64,000 nt of DNA. Source: Paramecium tetraurelia. Lineage: Eukaryota. This document shows, piece by piece, positions 27,629 to 41,203 of this stretch. Position 1 is the first letter of the stretch. Every line of letters starts with the position of its first letter. The DNA is taken from the NCBI GenBank assembly GCA_000165425.1, contig CT867993.1:62001-126000 (forward strand). Reading direction: 5' to 3'. Both the position numbers and the translations under genes were made by a program. Below the pieces are notes generated by a model. It had not been told where the DNA came from. It saw nothing but the letters and a program-made list of their open reading frames with translations, and ran no database searches.

Positions 27629-27692
27629 AGAATAACCATTATATTTAATTCATCTATCCAATCATAAAATAAATAGTTGTTTCAAATCAAGT

Positions 27693-29256
27693 TCAATATT
27701 TCATCTACCTCTCAGCATCATAAACCATTATTCCAGTGAGTCTCGAATTTATTAACGTAGTCAGATATGTCTATAGAATGATACATATCTTACTTAATTC
27801 TTCTTAATCACAACGTCTTCATCATTATATGTGATTTAGAACAGCATCTTGTAGTACTTCTTCTCGCAGTAGACCTTGATCTCTATCATTTCAAATTCAG
27901 CCTGGTGTCGGTTGACTTCACTCAATGAGTAGATCCTTATATCTTCAAAGTAATTCTGATTCAAATTGTAATAGATGTATCCAATGTTCTTGAGGTTCAC
28001 TTATTTAATGTTCAGACCAAATAATCTAAATTTAGTATAATGATATGATACTTCCAACCAAACTAAGAGGAAAATTGGCTATCAGTCTTGGTGTCCTCCT
28101 TGAATTCTCTATTGTTCCAAGCATCTATGTCGGTTAGTTCACAACCGATGTACTTCACCAATGGTTATGTTGAACACTTGATAAATCCAAATTGCTGATT
28201 CAGGGAAGTATTGATGTAGGATATGATTTGGTTGTCTCTCATCGAATTTTGGTTTATCACAATGGTTAGAATGATGTAATTGTTCTATTCGCATATAGAC
28301 AAAATCGAAACCTATAGAATGTGCATTAAAATTTACTTTAATTTTGAGTGATTGCTTAATTTAATTTAAAAAATTCATCAATTCGAAGTTTGAATTCGTC
28401 AAATTTTTAAATTGAACATTCGCTTAAGTAAAATATAAACAGAACATGTTGATATGGGAGGTGGCAAGGATCAGGGGAAAGTAGCTGATTTCAACAAACA
28501 CTAAGGGAATAAAGGATATAATGGTACATTTATTGTAATGAAGTTAAGTCGAATTCAAGGTGAAATCGTTCTGTAATACCAAATCAAGTTTACTGAATTT
28601 GATTGTTTCTCGAAATATGTGAAAGATTCCGTATTCATTGATGTACTTCTCTGAAATTAAAAGATTTTAGAGAAAACTATCTTGAGATCTCATCAAAATA
28701 TCATTAAACTCAGCTTCGTGTTCAATTCTAAAATGATAATCGTTAATCACTCTATAAAGTAATTCCGAATATTATTTATTTTCATTCAAATGTAATAAGA
28801 TCATAGAATGCTCATTCATGCTCTTAAGGCGTTTATATTTTGGATTTGTGTACACCGTATTACAGATGTTACTCTCCTCATCGTTAAATTATTCAACTGA
28901 TATCTCCTTACGTTAAGCAAAGCCTCCCCCTTTCCCACTGGCAGAAGCATCCCTCATATCAATCGTGAGTCTTTCAATTTTAATTGATTGATTCTCTTTC
29001 ATTATTCAATTTAAATACTTAATTCGTTCTCGATGTATTTAGAAATGACCGAAACATCCTTACTTGAATAGCGTTTCTTATTTAAGTCTATCGAGTTTTA
29101 GGCAACATCGATTTTCGTTTATTTGGGTTCTTAGATCTCCTCCTCTAGTTCTTGTTACACATGAGGAGGCTGAGCTAATAGAAGTTAAAAGTCATTAGAT
29201 TGATGAACAGTTAAATTTGTAGTGTTGGGTTATTGTTTTGAACAAGGTATTCCCAT
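27693..29256 (-). CDS. Hypothetical protein with N-terminal MGxxC acylation motif
   Basis: MGIPCSKQQ...; continuous after removing 23-27 nt GT..AG introns; ends ...DAERQMKY*. Confidence 0.7.
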
Positions 29257-29271
29257 TAAAAAATTAATTTT

Positions 29272-30125
29272 ATGGAAATATTTGATCTCTTTGGAGAGGA
29301 TATAATTACAGAACATTAGAATGATAAGAATAAATAACTGAGATCAGATAAACAATAGATAAAGAATGAATTACATAGATAGAAGGTAGTTTAGAAGAAG
29401 AAAGAGAAGAAAAAGAAAATTAAGCAATAAAAATACGAAATCATCTAAACCTTAGAAACCTAAGAGCAGAAGAATGATTTCGTTCATTCCTTCAAAGGTC
29501 TACGAAATCAAAGGAAAGAGAATGGAATGAAATCCCTCTAAAGTCCATTTAGGATTATTATTGATTGTGGTTTTGAAGATAACATGTCAGACAAAGAGCA
29601 AAGATCGCTAGCCAGATAGTTATCTGAACTCTACACTGAAAATAGAAGAACAGATGTTCCTCTAAAACTCTATGTGACCAACATCTATCCAATACTGCAT
29701 AAGTATTTAGAGCAATATCATTATAAATAATGGCAATTGGTTTCAGATGAGAAGCTTTTCACAGACATAGAGGAATTTTAATAAGCAAATATTGTTTATT
29801 TAAGTCCTGATGGCGAAGAAGAATTGCAGGAGATAAAGGAAGACGAAGTGTATGTGATAGGAGGACTGGTTGATAGGTATTTTTAAGATGAAATCATTTT
29901 AGAGTTATTATAAAGAATGCCACTTTAAATAGAAGCAGGCAATTGGGAGTAAGAAGTGCTAAATTACCTATTGGATAATTTATAAAGAAGAGTTATAAAA
30001 AATGCTTAAATGTGAGTACAGCTGCTTTGATGATATCAGGATGGTTAAAGTATAAAGATTGGAGCAAAGCTTTCGACAGCATAGTGCCCCAAAAATTCAA
30101 GGAATAGGAACTTCAATAGTAGTGA
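29272..30125 (+). CDS. TRM10: tRNA (guanine-9-N1)-methyltransferase
   Basis: IIIDCGFED.M..KE..SL..QL...Y..NRR, VYLSPDGEEEL, VYVIGGLVDR, SAKLPIG. Confidence 0.92.
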
Positions 30126-30145
30126 GATAATTAATTTTAATTTTG

Positions 30146-30508
30146 ATGAAACATTTTATCGTTTTTCTTTTTATTCTTTTCATCACACATTGTTAGAGAT
30201 TACTCTAAGAATAAAATCTAAGGTAGCGTCATCAAAGCAAGATGTTTGTTCACCAGTCCAATTTTGTTTAAATTTAGTAATAAACGAGACTATTATAATA
30301 AGATTCAGGCGATCACTAAGGAGAGTTGCTACCTGACTAGGTTTAAAATGAAGAAAATAAACCAAGAAAGAAAACTAGAAAAATAGTCAAAAAGAGGAGA
30401 GTTATCCTTAAACCAATTGAAGTTACTGTCCCAAATTAACATAAGAATTAGAAGAAGAGAAAGGTGCATAAGAAAATTAAGAAGTGCAATACGATTATTA
30501 AGTATTGA
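30146..30508 (+). CDS. Small secreted basic protein (120 aa)
   Basis: Intronless ORF; signal peptide MKHFIVFLFILFITHC; Lys/Arg-rich C-terminal half. Confidence 0.7.
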
Positions 30509-30538
30509 AGCTTTATATCAATAATAATTTAATTCAAA

Positions 30539-31970
30539 ATGTTTTAATATACACCTTAAGAAGATGCTTACTACAGACAACTTTGGGCCCCTTTTGATCC
30601 ACAAGTAATTTAAATTCATTTGATTCTTAGGGTCTAGGCTTTGCTGAGGCCAAAAGCACTGTTTAATTTTTCAAAAAAAGTAAACTTCCAGTTGACGCGC
30701 TTAAGGGAATTTGGATAGCAGGAGTAAAAAATTAAGAAGGCAGACTTTATTATCCAGAATTTGCTATAGTCATGAGATTAATTGCATACTGTTAAAATGG
30801 ATTTGAATTCAATGAACAATTATTGAACTAAAATATATCTGTTCCTCTTCCAGTTATGGAAGGAATATAGGTACCACAACAATAATAACTACCCTAATAA
30901 CCAATCTCATAACCGCAATAGCAATAGTTCAATAATTTCTAATAACCACAAACTTCTTTGCCTCAATCAAATTACTTCTAAACACAACCAGTCTAAAATA
31001 CTGCTTAAATCTCTCTCTAATCCTATGTTGAACCTAGACTAGAATTTCAAAAAGTATCAAATTCCCATAATTTTTAGTATGATTTACCTGATGATTAATA
31101 TAACAGATATGAACTCTGCTTTAATTAATAGGATAAAACTAATTCAGGATTCGTTAAGGGTGATCAAGCATTGGCTTTTTTTTAAAAGTCTTAACTTCCC
31201 ACTCCATTATTGAATCAACTTTGGAGCTTGGTTGATAATGGACAAAAAGGATACCTCTATAAAAATGAATTTATCGTTGCTGTTCACTTAATAGCTCTGT
31301 GCCGAAAGGATATCCCATTACCTTAAGTTTTACCAGAATCATTACTTCAACTAACAAGAAGAGATCAACAGTAAAATTAGGTTAGATCAACTTCATAAAC
31401 TATGCCACAACTTTCCTAAGGGTTACCTCCATAACCATAAAGAGCTGGATCATAGAATGAGGTTTAAGGGCTGAATCATCAAGCAAATTACTTACAGAAT
31501 AAGCTCTAAAATTAAACGCAATAGATTTAATTTGCAAACAATTTGGATTAATAAAAATAGATTATAGAAGATAAGAAAAAGGATATTGAATTTCTCAACC
31601 AAACAATATAAAAGCTTCAAAGCTTTTATGATTATCTCAAAAAAGAACAAGATGAATTGCAGGCTTAAATATCATCATTAAGTGATTAATAAACATAAAA
31701 ACAACATTCAATTAATGTTTTATAGGATAGTATATAGAATCAATTGTAAATCAACTCAAACCTTTAGAAACAATTGTACGATATGAAATAATCAGATTAG
31801 CAGTAGGAGAATCAGCCACCTGCTTTGACAACTTAGTTTTAGACCATCAATGTATTCATTTAATTATATTACAGATTGAGGACAATTATGATTATTCCAA
31901 TTATAGAGCAAAGAAGGATAAGGTAGTTTCTGGAGGTAACCAAAGCGCTGAAAACCTCCCTTGGCATTGA
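30539..31970 (+). CDS. EH-domain (Eps15-like) endocytic protein, two EH domains plus coiled coil
   Basis: FFKKSKLPVDALKGIW...EFAIVMRLI; DKTNSGFVKGDQALAFFQKSQLPTPLLNQLWSLVD...EFIVAVHLI...PLPQVLPESL. Confidence 0.88.
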
Positions 31971-32003
31971 AAGATTATTAAAATTAATTTTTAACGAATA
32001 AAA

Positions 32004-34234
32004 ATGTTAACTACATCACCTCATGTCAAATCAGATAAACCATATCAACAAAGTCCTTAATATAAGAAACCCCACCCTTATAATCCTGAGGCCAGCATAT
32101 CTCTTAAAAACTCTATCAACCTGAAAGGTATCTGGTAACACCTATCATCAAGATTTCTAATTCAACGAGGAATTGGAGTACTACAAGAACAGATCAGCGG
32201 ATCTTGAATAATACGCAAGACAACTGAAAAATGAATTGGACACTACCATAATTCGAATGAGTAAGTAGGGAGCTTTGGATGAGAAGGCAGAGTTAATGAT
32301 ACATCAGAATTAGATGCTGAGTTAAGATATTGACAAGTTATAAAAGAATTTTGCTTAAAAGAAGACTGAGTGTGAATTATGGAAATCCAAATACGAATAA
32401 CAACTGAATAGTGCTGTTCAATGTATTATAGATTATCACCTTAATAGTAAAGGCTTAGTATGAATTGGATTTACGAAAGCTTAGCAATGAATTAAAGTTG
32501 TTAGAGGAAAGAAATGCTATACTCGAGAAGGAAAGATCACATGAAGTTGAGGCTACAAAAACCAACTTCTCAAGTAAATTATTTATTAATTTTTCAGTTT
32601 AAAATGAATAATAAAGACATAGTTATCTCACTTAAATCGATTTACTTGAAAATCAATTAAGAAAACTTAGAGAGTATGCTGATATCAGGGATAAGGAGAT
32701 CTATGAATTAGAAAATAAATTAACCAAAGTTTTGTAAGATAGAGAATATGTGGAGACTAAATTGCTTAAAGATAATGACTTATATAGAACCAAATTATAA
32801 GAACAAGAGAGGGACAACTAAATTGAAATGAATAATCTAAGATAAAAATTGGATATCCTAAATTAAGGATAATTGGACAATATAAAAAATCAATATATGG
32901 CCTAGGCTGAAATTTTGGATGATGAAATTGAAAAATTGAAAGGTCTTTTAGGGATTAAGAATGAAGAAATTAAGACTCTCATAGATTAGAATGAAAGATT
33001 GAGAGCTAATTACGAAAAAGAAATAGAAACTATATCTCTACAATTCAATGTTCTAAAAGAAAAAATGTTTGAAAACGAGCAAAGATTCCAAGAAGAATCT
33101 CAACAAATGGAAAATAACTTAAGAAGCTAACATGAAATTGGCGTAGACACCTTAAAATCTCATCATGAGAATTCTAATCAAATTCTTGAGAATCAAATTG
33201 CTCATTTAAAAGGGCAAGTCTTAGAATAAACCAAATAATTAGAGGAGTTGCAGAAAATCAGATAATAATTACTCTAAGCTAATATATAGGATCAAGAAAA
33301 TGCCTAAAATATTATCAACAATTTAAAGAAAGAGGTATATATTATTATAATTGCTTAGATTTTAGAGTAATAAAGTCGATATCAAGATTAGATTTTATAA
33401 AACTATAATGATTATGAACTATAAAAGAAAGAATTATTGAACTTTAATCAATAATAATAGGAATTTAATTAATAGTTATAACAGTAGATCTAAAATCTTA
33501 ATTAGATTATTGAAACTAAAAGAATAACAATATGAAACCACACTTGTGTAATTCAAGAATATGAATGATCAATTAATTGTACTAATTTATTAATATGCTT
33601 AGAATAAACTAAATGACTTATATAGAGACAATGAACAAATCAAAGCTAAATTCAAAGTCACTGTATCTGAACAAGAAGATTTATTAAATAGATAATTGAA
33701 ATAAATTAAACAACAAGAACAGAAAATTTAGTAATTGTCTTCCACGTCATAAAGGGATAAATAAAATTCTGAAAGATAAATTACTAATCTGTAGAATTAA
33801 AATCGATAAAAAGAGCAACAGATAGGTGAATTAAAAGCCTAACTGAAGGCAGCTGAAGAAAACTGTGAAAAAATCGATAATGAATTATAAGAGACAAAAA
33901 ATACACTCTAAAGTTAATTCGAAGAATAAAAATATAATTTTGAATAAGAAATGGAGTCAATTTAAACTTAAAAAGATGAAGATCTAGTGAGTACAAAGAA
34001 AATCTTCGAAGAAAAAGAAAACTCATTAAATCAGGAACTTATTAAATTAAAGAGTAATTTATCAACTTAGTAAACACTCAACTAAGAATTGAATTAAAAG
34101 TATTTTTAATAATTAATATTTTTAGATTAGATTAATTTGGTTAATAGATTTAAAATGTTGTAAACAATTCGGATGTTATTAAACAATACGAAGTTTTATC
34201 AGAAATCAATCTAGTAAACAGATTAAGAAATTGA
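32004..34234 (+). CDS. Long coiled-coil protein
   Basis: MLTTSPHVKSD...; Gln/Glu/Lys heptads; multiple tiny introns. Confidence 0.7.
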
Positions 34235-34299
34235 ATTTCTATTTATTTGTCAAACTTATTTATTATATAACGTTTATGAATATTGTAAAATCTAATAAA

Positions 34300-35644
34300 T
34301 CAAAAAAACCCTTTTAAGCTTCCAAATTTACCACTGTTAATTACTAATTTTTTATTATAATTAGATTCAATAATTTCATCAGGCAAAGAGAGCTCTTTCT
34401 TAATAGGAATCTATTTTATATAAGATTTCAAACCCCCGTTGTTGATTGTGCTAGTGATTTTAACAAAACTATCCTTAGGATTTCTAACTGAATTGATTTC
34501 CTAAAGTAGAATATTTTATCCTTCCACTTAAAAATCTTCAAATTCTTCTATATTTAGAGGAACCAATTTTTAAACTACTTCCTTATTGTCTTTTAATTTA
34601 TTATTTAGATAGAAGCGGGATGTGAATGATGAGAATGGACGACATCCTTTTGCAGTTGAATTAGGTCTTCTTATAATTTCTACAACTGGAGGTTTAGAAT
34701 CTACTAAATATCTTGGATCATCTTCCAGTTTGTCAACATATTTATAAGGGTATTTTCTATTCAATTCATTCTAAGTTTTTCGAAGTCCTTATTTCTATAT
34801 AGATTGCATAAGCATACCCAGTAATCGTTTCCTAATTTTTATTCCATAGGAGTTATATGTTCCAGTAACTATTTAATTTCTTGCTTCACTCTAAATTAAT
34901 CGATTTTATCATTTATTGAATAGCCTTATTTTCGTTGTATTCGAGAACTGACTCTTAGTTTAGTTGACTCCCAATTTTCTTAAGTGTTTTGATAATTGGT
35001 TAAAGCCCTTTCAGCAGTATCCATCTTTAATTAATCACCTTTATTTAGCTTTCCTTTGATCTCTTAATTTAACCTTTCTGTCTTAATTTTTAGAGAAGAA
35101 GTTTACTTCAATTTAGTTTGTTTTAACTCTTCTTTCAACTTCCACAATCTCTTATTATACTTATTCTTCATTTAATTATATAAATTAAAATTCCTTATCC
35201 TTAATTTTATGAGGGGATTTTTTTGACAACTCTTTACTAGAAGTGAGTTCGGTCACTAATGTGAGAATAAAAATGAATTTTACATTTTGTGTAACTGTTA
35301 TTCATTCCAGGTTGTGACTCTCCTTCAGATAGAAATTGCGTTTTCAGTTTTGCATATGGCTTTTTGTTGATATTAAACCTTCTTTGCTTTTCTTACTAAA
35401 ATTATTGCACTGATCCAACAATTGTATGCTTAAGAATTTATCCTTTTTTATCAAGTTTTGGTCCCTTTTCGTAAGCGGGTAAAACATTTAATAATTCTGA
35501 CGAACCTGAAAAAATATTCTAAGCCTAAATTTCAATATCAACAGGCGTTGGAAGTATTAAGAATAGCATTTTATTTTTTGGAGATGAAACTTTTACATTT
35601 TGGATGCTATTCTACTAAGGATCTATTTTTTAAAATTTGATCAT
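34300..35644 (-). CDS. Hypothetical protein, similar to the N-terminal region of MYCBP-associated protein
   Basis: One 28-nt intron gives a whole-codon length; GPKLDKKGQILKHTIVGS and DQFRVKQEIKQLL...YW motifs recall MYCBPAP. Confidence 0.55.
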
Positions 35645-35840
35645 GCTATGATATATAAAATAAGTTTTAATTTATAAATTATTGATTAAATGTATTTTAA
35701 TGATATAGTCATTAATATACTATTTATATTTCTTTTTACATAAAGCAGGTGAAAACATTAAATTTTATGCATTTCAATTAAACGATATAATTGAAAAATA
35801 CTATATGTTCAATCAAGTTAAACAAAATAATTTTTTTAAT

Positions 35841-37079
35841 ATGGATAAATGTAAGGGTAACAATTCATAGATACGTAAATTCATTAATTGAACTTGATCT
35901 GTAAGGAAAGACACAATATTTGTATTATTAAAATATTAATGATAGATTAGGGATGAAATAAATAATAAATTTACTCCAAGGTTACCTTATTAGTGATGAT
36001 ACCTTTATATTTTTATTCTAAAATTGAACATGCTAATAGATCCTGTTCATATTGAAATCCATCTTGTTAGACATCTACAGAATTGAATAGTGTAATATTG
36101 TCACTATAATGAATAACATTCCTCTTTAAACTCATCCAAATGTTGTATTGATCAGTGAGGATATCAAAGAAAGAGGACTTGCCTTAGAAGATGTAGTCTT
36201 TGAAATTGCAGATGTATTTGTACTTCGAAAAAACAAAGAGCTGGTACTGTATTAGCCCATATTGGATAATTCAAGTAGTTAATTACAGAATTGGATAAGC
36301 ATTTTAGAATTGATAAATAAGAAATATTAAATAATTTGACTCCTTAGTCGTCAGAATTATTATGATTTCTTCCTGATTTCATTTAGCAACAATTGTTGAT
36401 GGAAAGAGAAGTTCATGGAGGCATACAATTATCACAAATTGAGACCGAAAGATTATTGATGTATTTGGTTGCAGAGGAACTGAAAGTTAGAAAAGCTGAA
36501 TCCAAATACAAGGGTGCATTTTCATTTATTTTACTATTCCTTCGGATATCAAAGTAGATGTACCTTCCCTTAAAAATTATGAGAAGTATATGGTTATTTG
36601 GCAGTCTTAAGCATCTAAAGAGGATTAACTAGTTATTACGTTTAAGCAAGGGGTATTGCCGGCCCAATTGGAAGATGGCATTTTATCTTAACTCCATATT
36701 AGTAATGGTATCTATCAAGTTGAAGAGTGCCTATGGAGGCATAACCAGTTATTGCTAATTATGAGTTGGATTTAAAATAGGTAATCAAATTAAATTAATT
36801 TAGTAATTTTTCAAACACTTCAGTTAGAATTTCTAAGAATTGGTATTTGAAAGATCACTATGAAAATCCAGGTCTAATTCAATTTTATAGCTCAATGGCT
36901 CGTAGACCCACTTTTACAATAGATTTGAGTTATGAGTGTTATGTCGATTAAATTGAGGAGATTGAGCGTTTAGTGGAAATTATATCAGAAAATGTAGAGC
37001 TTATTTGCTTGATTTGGCAATTGCTGAATTGAAGGCTCTGGCTAAAACTATTGAAATTGTGAAGGAGGCAAATCAATGA
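35841..37079 (+). pseudogene. Decayed pyrophosphate-dependent phosphofructokinase (PFP/PPi-PFK)
   Basis: LQTHPNVVLISE, LPDFIQQQLLMEREVHGGIQLSQIETERLL, FGYQSRC, YENPGLIQF spread over shifting frames with in-frame TGA (e.g. 36337, 36363); N-terminal catalytic half unrecognisable. Confidence 0.85.
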
Positions 37080-37107
37080 AATATATATATATTAATTTAA
37101 TAATAAT

Positions 37108-38921
37108 ATGTCAGTTATTCGAGATAGACATCCCTTGACTTCGCTTAATTAGCTACAAAATCTATTTGGAAAGTCAAAGCCTCAAGACAACAACCAAAAT
37201 CTATGTCCAGAGAAAGTTCGAGGAGCAAGTAAACCGAAATAAAAAACTGAGGGTTCTAGGAGAGAAGTCTCCAATGTATAGAAAAGTCAATACACTTTAT
37301 AATCATAAAAGTTGTATACCAATCATTTGGATAATATTAAATCCTCAAGGGCATTTAATGTGAAAAGTTAAGATCTTTTGCTTTCCCCTGAAAGAATGGA
37401 ATCATTATAATAGGAGAATAAAGTACTTGAAATTTAAAATGATAAAAAGAGAATCCTTAAGCAATCTGTTGAGCATTCAAATGATCCAAGTCATAAATTA
37501 TTCACGTCGGAAGAATAACCAAAAAAGATTGAATAGTCATAAACAATTTAATTAAGAAATCTCATATAATCTAAATAGCAAAAGGATTCGAACAATGAGA
37601 TCTTAGAAAAATAGAAGAATTCAAGAAGAGAAAAACATGTTGCCTAAATTTTGTATGATGATAGCAGGCAAAGACAATAGAAAAACTAACTCACAAGCCA
37701 GAGTCTGGCTACAAATGATGGTAAATTATCAGAAATCTCTCAATAATGGTTTATATAAAGATTTATTAAAGATTTCTATTATTTTCTAAGTAATACAGAT
37801 AATGTCAAAAAAAGTTGGGATTACTCTAAAGTATATGAAAATGATTTCCAGTAAATTCTTTAAGGGTTAGGATTCGGAGAAAGTAAAGATTTATGGAATG
37901 ACTTTACGAATGGCTCCTATATACTCTCCAGAAATATGCTAATTGTCTTACTTGCCATTCTAAATGTACCAGTCTAATAGATACCTCTTTACTTACCAAA
38001 GGATGATGAGCAAGTTCCAATGGCATCTCATTACAAAAATGATGAAAATGGAAATCTCATGCTATCAACTTAGGATTGTATTGAAATTCACAATAAGTAC
38101 AAATAACTATATTTGAACACCAAATAAAATCATGGTAATGGACAAAGAAGAAACATGGAGAAATCAAAATCACCTCCATAAGTTATCAATTTATTAAGTA
38201 ATAGGTCACGAGATATGGCTATCAAGAAGAAGAACAATCTGAATATCAATGAATGGTTTGCTTAATAAGAGTAGAAAAAGAAGGATAATATTGAGAGATT
38301 AAAAAACTAATTGGAATAATCAGAAGAAACTAAATAATTGAAACAAACTATCAAACCTCTTGCTATCGATTTAACTTCATTAAGCAAACCAATAAAAAAA
38401 TAATAAGATAAATCAACAATTGATGTAGAATTTGAAAGTCAATAATAATTTTGTACATTTTCACCTTAGATTAATCCCATGAAGCATTTTCCAATCTCAA
38501 CTGCATCTACACAATATGATATTGATTAATAGGCAAAACGATTAAGAGAAGCTAGATTGAGATAAAAAACAGTAGAAAAATTGAAAAGCAACGGAAACAC
38601 TACAAATAATGAAAGTAGAACACAGATGAAATTATAAACAGAATAGTCATTGAGTTAAGAGCCAAAGTGCAAAAAAATTAAAAGCAAACCAATATTCCTT
38701 AACTTTCCCATTTTGTATATAGATGTAAAAATAGATGATGCTAAGACCGTAAGATTACCAATATTTAATGGAGATAACTCTGACAATTTAGCTACTAAAT
38801 TTGCAATTGATCATAGTAATATATTTATTAACTAAATAAAGATTTAGACAATTCTTTAGAGGAAAGACTAAAAGATCTATTAGAAGAGTAAATAAATTCT
38901 GTATAGGAATAATAGTTATGA
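37108..38921 (+). CDS. Hypothetical protein (low complexity, small conserved-looking C-terminal domain)
   Basis: MSVIRDRHPL...; C-terminus PILYIDVKIDDAKTVRLPIFNGDNSDNLATKFAIDH. Confidence 0.75.
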
Positions 38922-39323
38922 AAACTCACCTTTAATTTATATTAAAATTCTTACTATTTTGATTAATAAGTATTATTATGAATTGGTTCATATAATGATT
39001 ACAGTTTTCAACTAATTTAAATTATTTAATTGCTAATCCAAAATCTAAAAAATGTTTTTGATATCATTGTACTTCTAACCAAGCATATGAGTGCTATTAA
39101 ACTCTGTAATATTTTTCCTTTCCTTAGCTATAATCCTTTTGTTGTTTAAGAATTTATTAATAGTTTTCAATCATCATCATCAAGTTAATAGATTTTTTTT
39201 CTCTCTCATATCATTAATTTTGTTATTTTGATAATATGTATGACTCAAACAAATAATTATTCTATTCGTCATGCAGATATTTACAAACAATTTAATTCAA
39301 TAGTTTTGCTTATAAAATAATTA

Positions 39324-40442
39324 ATGAGTTAATGCCCAGATCAAGGATTCAAATATTGTGTCTCAGGGAAATGCGAAAATCTTAAATTATGCGTGGAGTA
39401 AGTTGCCCTTTCAACAGCCTCTATTTAGGAACGGCATTCTCTTTACTTTTGATGATATTATGTACATACCAGATTACAGTGAGAGTGATTGAGTAGAGAA
39501 GAATTTACAAAAGAAAGCAAGTCTTATTTTTGATAATTCTAGCTGCAAATATATGTATTGTAATTAGTAGTATAGAATTACTAAAATAGTTTTTCTGATA
39601 TTCACGATTAATAGACATCACATATTTGCTTATTTTTTGTGTTATTACTTTGACTTATGCTTTTTGATTTTTTTAGTTTACTTCTTCACAAAGAAAGCCA
39701 CGGATCTAAATGTTTACAATAAAAGCAAATCAAAATTAGTGAGAGGTTGCACATATGGATTGTTTAGTTTATTTACTATACTGTTATTCATCAATATCAT
39801 AGTATATTACTTGTTCTAAAAAAATTGCAGTTGTATGTACTAAATATTTTAGGACTTAGACCTTACACTTTTTGTGATAAAGGTTGTGGAATTACTGTCA
39901 AGCATTATCTTCATAACAGGAGCGTACTTCCTGAATTAAAAAATGAATGCTCTGATTATTGAATAAATAATGTTCACTAATAGGATGACTGGTGTTGAGA
40001 AGACATAGTATATAAAGACTAGAAACATAAAATTGAAATTCTGGTATAGAGAACATCTTAATGAAACAAGGACATTGGTTTGTGTGACAGCCTTTGGGTA
40101 GATAATATAATGGGGTTCTGATCTAATCTATTTCCTCTACGATGGGTCAAATGATTCGAATAAATGCGAATTTCTTATAAATGTAAGCTAATTTGGATGT
40201 TATTTAGAATAATTTGCTGAATCCTTTGGTAGATTTGTTTATCTGTCTCTTTGGATATTTCTTGCCCCTATTCTGCGCTGTGTATTTGTTTTGGTACAAG
40301 AAGAAGAAAGTACAATATGTGGTAAGAATCTCATGCCCCTTAAATAGAGGAATCCTTGGAAGTGGAAAGCTTACCAGAACGTTACTATCACAAATTGTTA
40401 AACAAGTCGAATAGCTCGTTCTCGTCTACATAACAAAAATGA
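39324..40442 (+). CDS. Multi-pass (about 7-TM) membrane protein with Cys-rich N-terminus
   Basis: MSQCPDQGFKYCVSGKCENLKLCV, 20-nt intron, then a series of hydrophobic helices; TGA at 40440. Confidence 0.65.
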
Positions 40443-40563
40443 AATAAGAATAAAATTATATACAACATTCTGCAAATTATATAATTAATAAGTATCTTCA
40501 ATTAATTATATATATGTTCATGATGAGAGAAGATATAATTTTCATTAAATATATTAAATAACC

Positions 40564-41060
40564 ATGTCTTGGGATGCTTATGTGACAAATTTGACAGCCA
40601 ACGGAGCTCTTGAATATGCTGCCATTATTGGATTAGATGGAAATATCTGGGCTAGCAATTTTGGTGTTGCCGTCCTACCTTCTTATCAAGCTGAAGTCCC
40701 AGATGAAAAGAATCCAGACGTCGTAACCAAGGTTGCCTATGACGAGAAGACTGCCTTTGTTCACGCTCTCACACACAATGGAAACTCTGGAAATGCAGCT
40801 GGAGTTAGAGTCAACAATCAAAAATATTATACAATTCAATTTGATAATGATGCTAAGTCATGGTATTTGAAGAAGGTACATTCTAACATGATAATCAATA
40901 GAACAAAGGAGGAGCATGCATTGCTTGGTCTAACACCGCCGCTGTCTTTGCTTCATTCTCCTAAACCATCAATGCAGAAAATGGAGCTACTTAGAATGCT
41001 GCTGAATGCAACAAACGTGTCATTGAAATGGCAAAGTACCTAGCTGATTCTGGATATTGA
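40564..41060 (+). CDS. Profilin
   Basis: MSWDAYV...AAIIGLDGNIWAS, GVRVNNQKY, KGGACIAWS, MAKYLADSGY*; 26-nt intron 40876-40901. Confidence 0.95.
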
Positions 41061-41203
41061 GTTCTTATGTTCACATTAAACATAAACAAATATTCACAAT
41101 TTATCTGTCTTCCCACCTCACTCACCCCCTCTTTTTCTTTATATTTTATAATGTTTTACTCATTGTTCTAGATTTACATTATAAATTTGTTCTAATAATT
41201 AAA

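Noticed and set aside
28990..29025. Apparent second ATGA stop/start overlap on the minus strand (TGA 28999-29001, ATG 29000-29002)
   Set aside because: Lies inside a canonical 23-nt intron (gtatttaaattgaataatgaaag) whose removal joins both parts into one ORF
38980..39320. Possible small gene upstream of the multi-pass membrane gene
   Set aside because: The ATGs examined are closed early by TGA; no coherent model could be built
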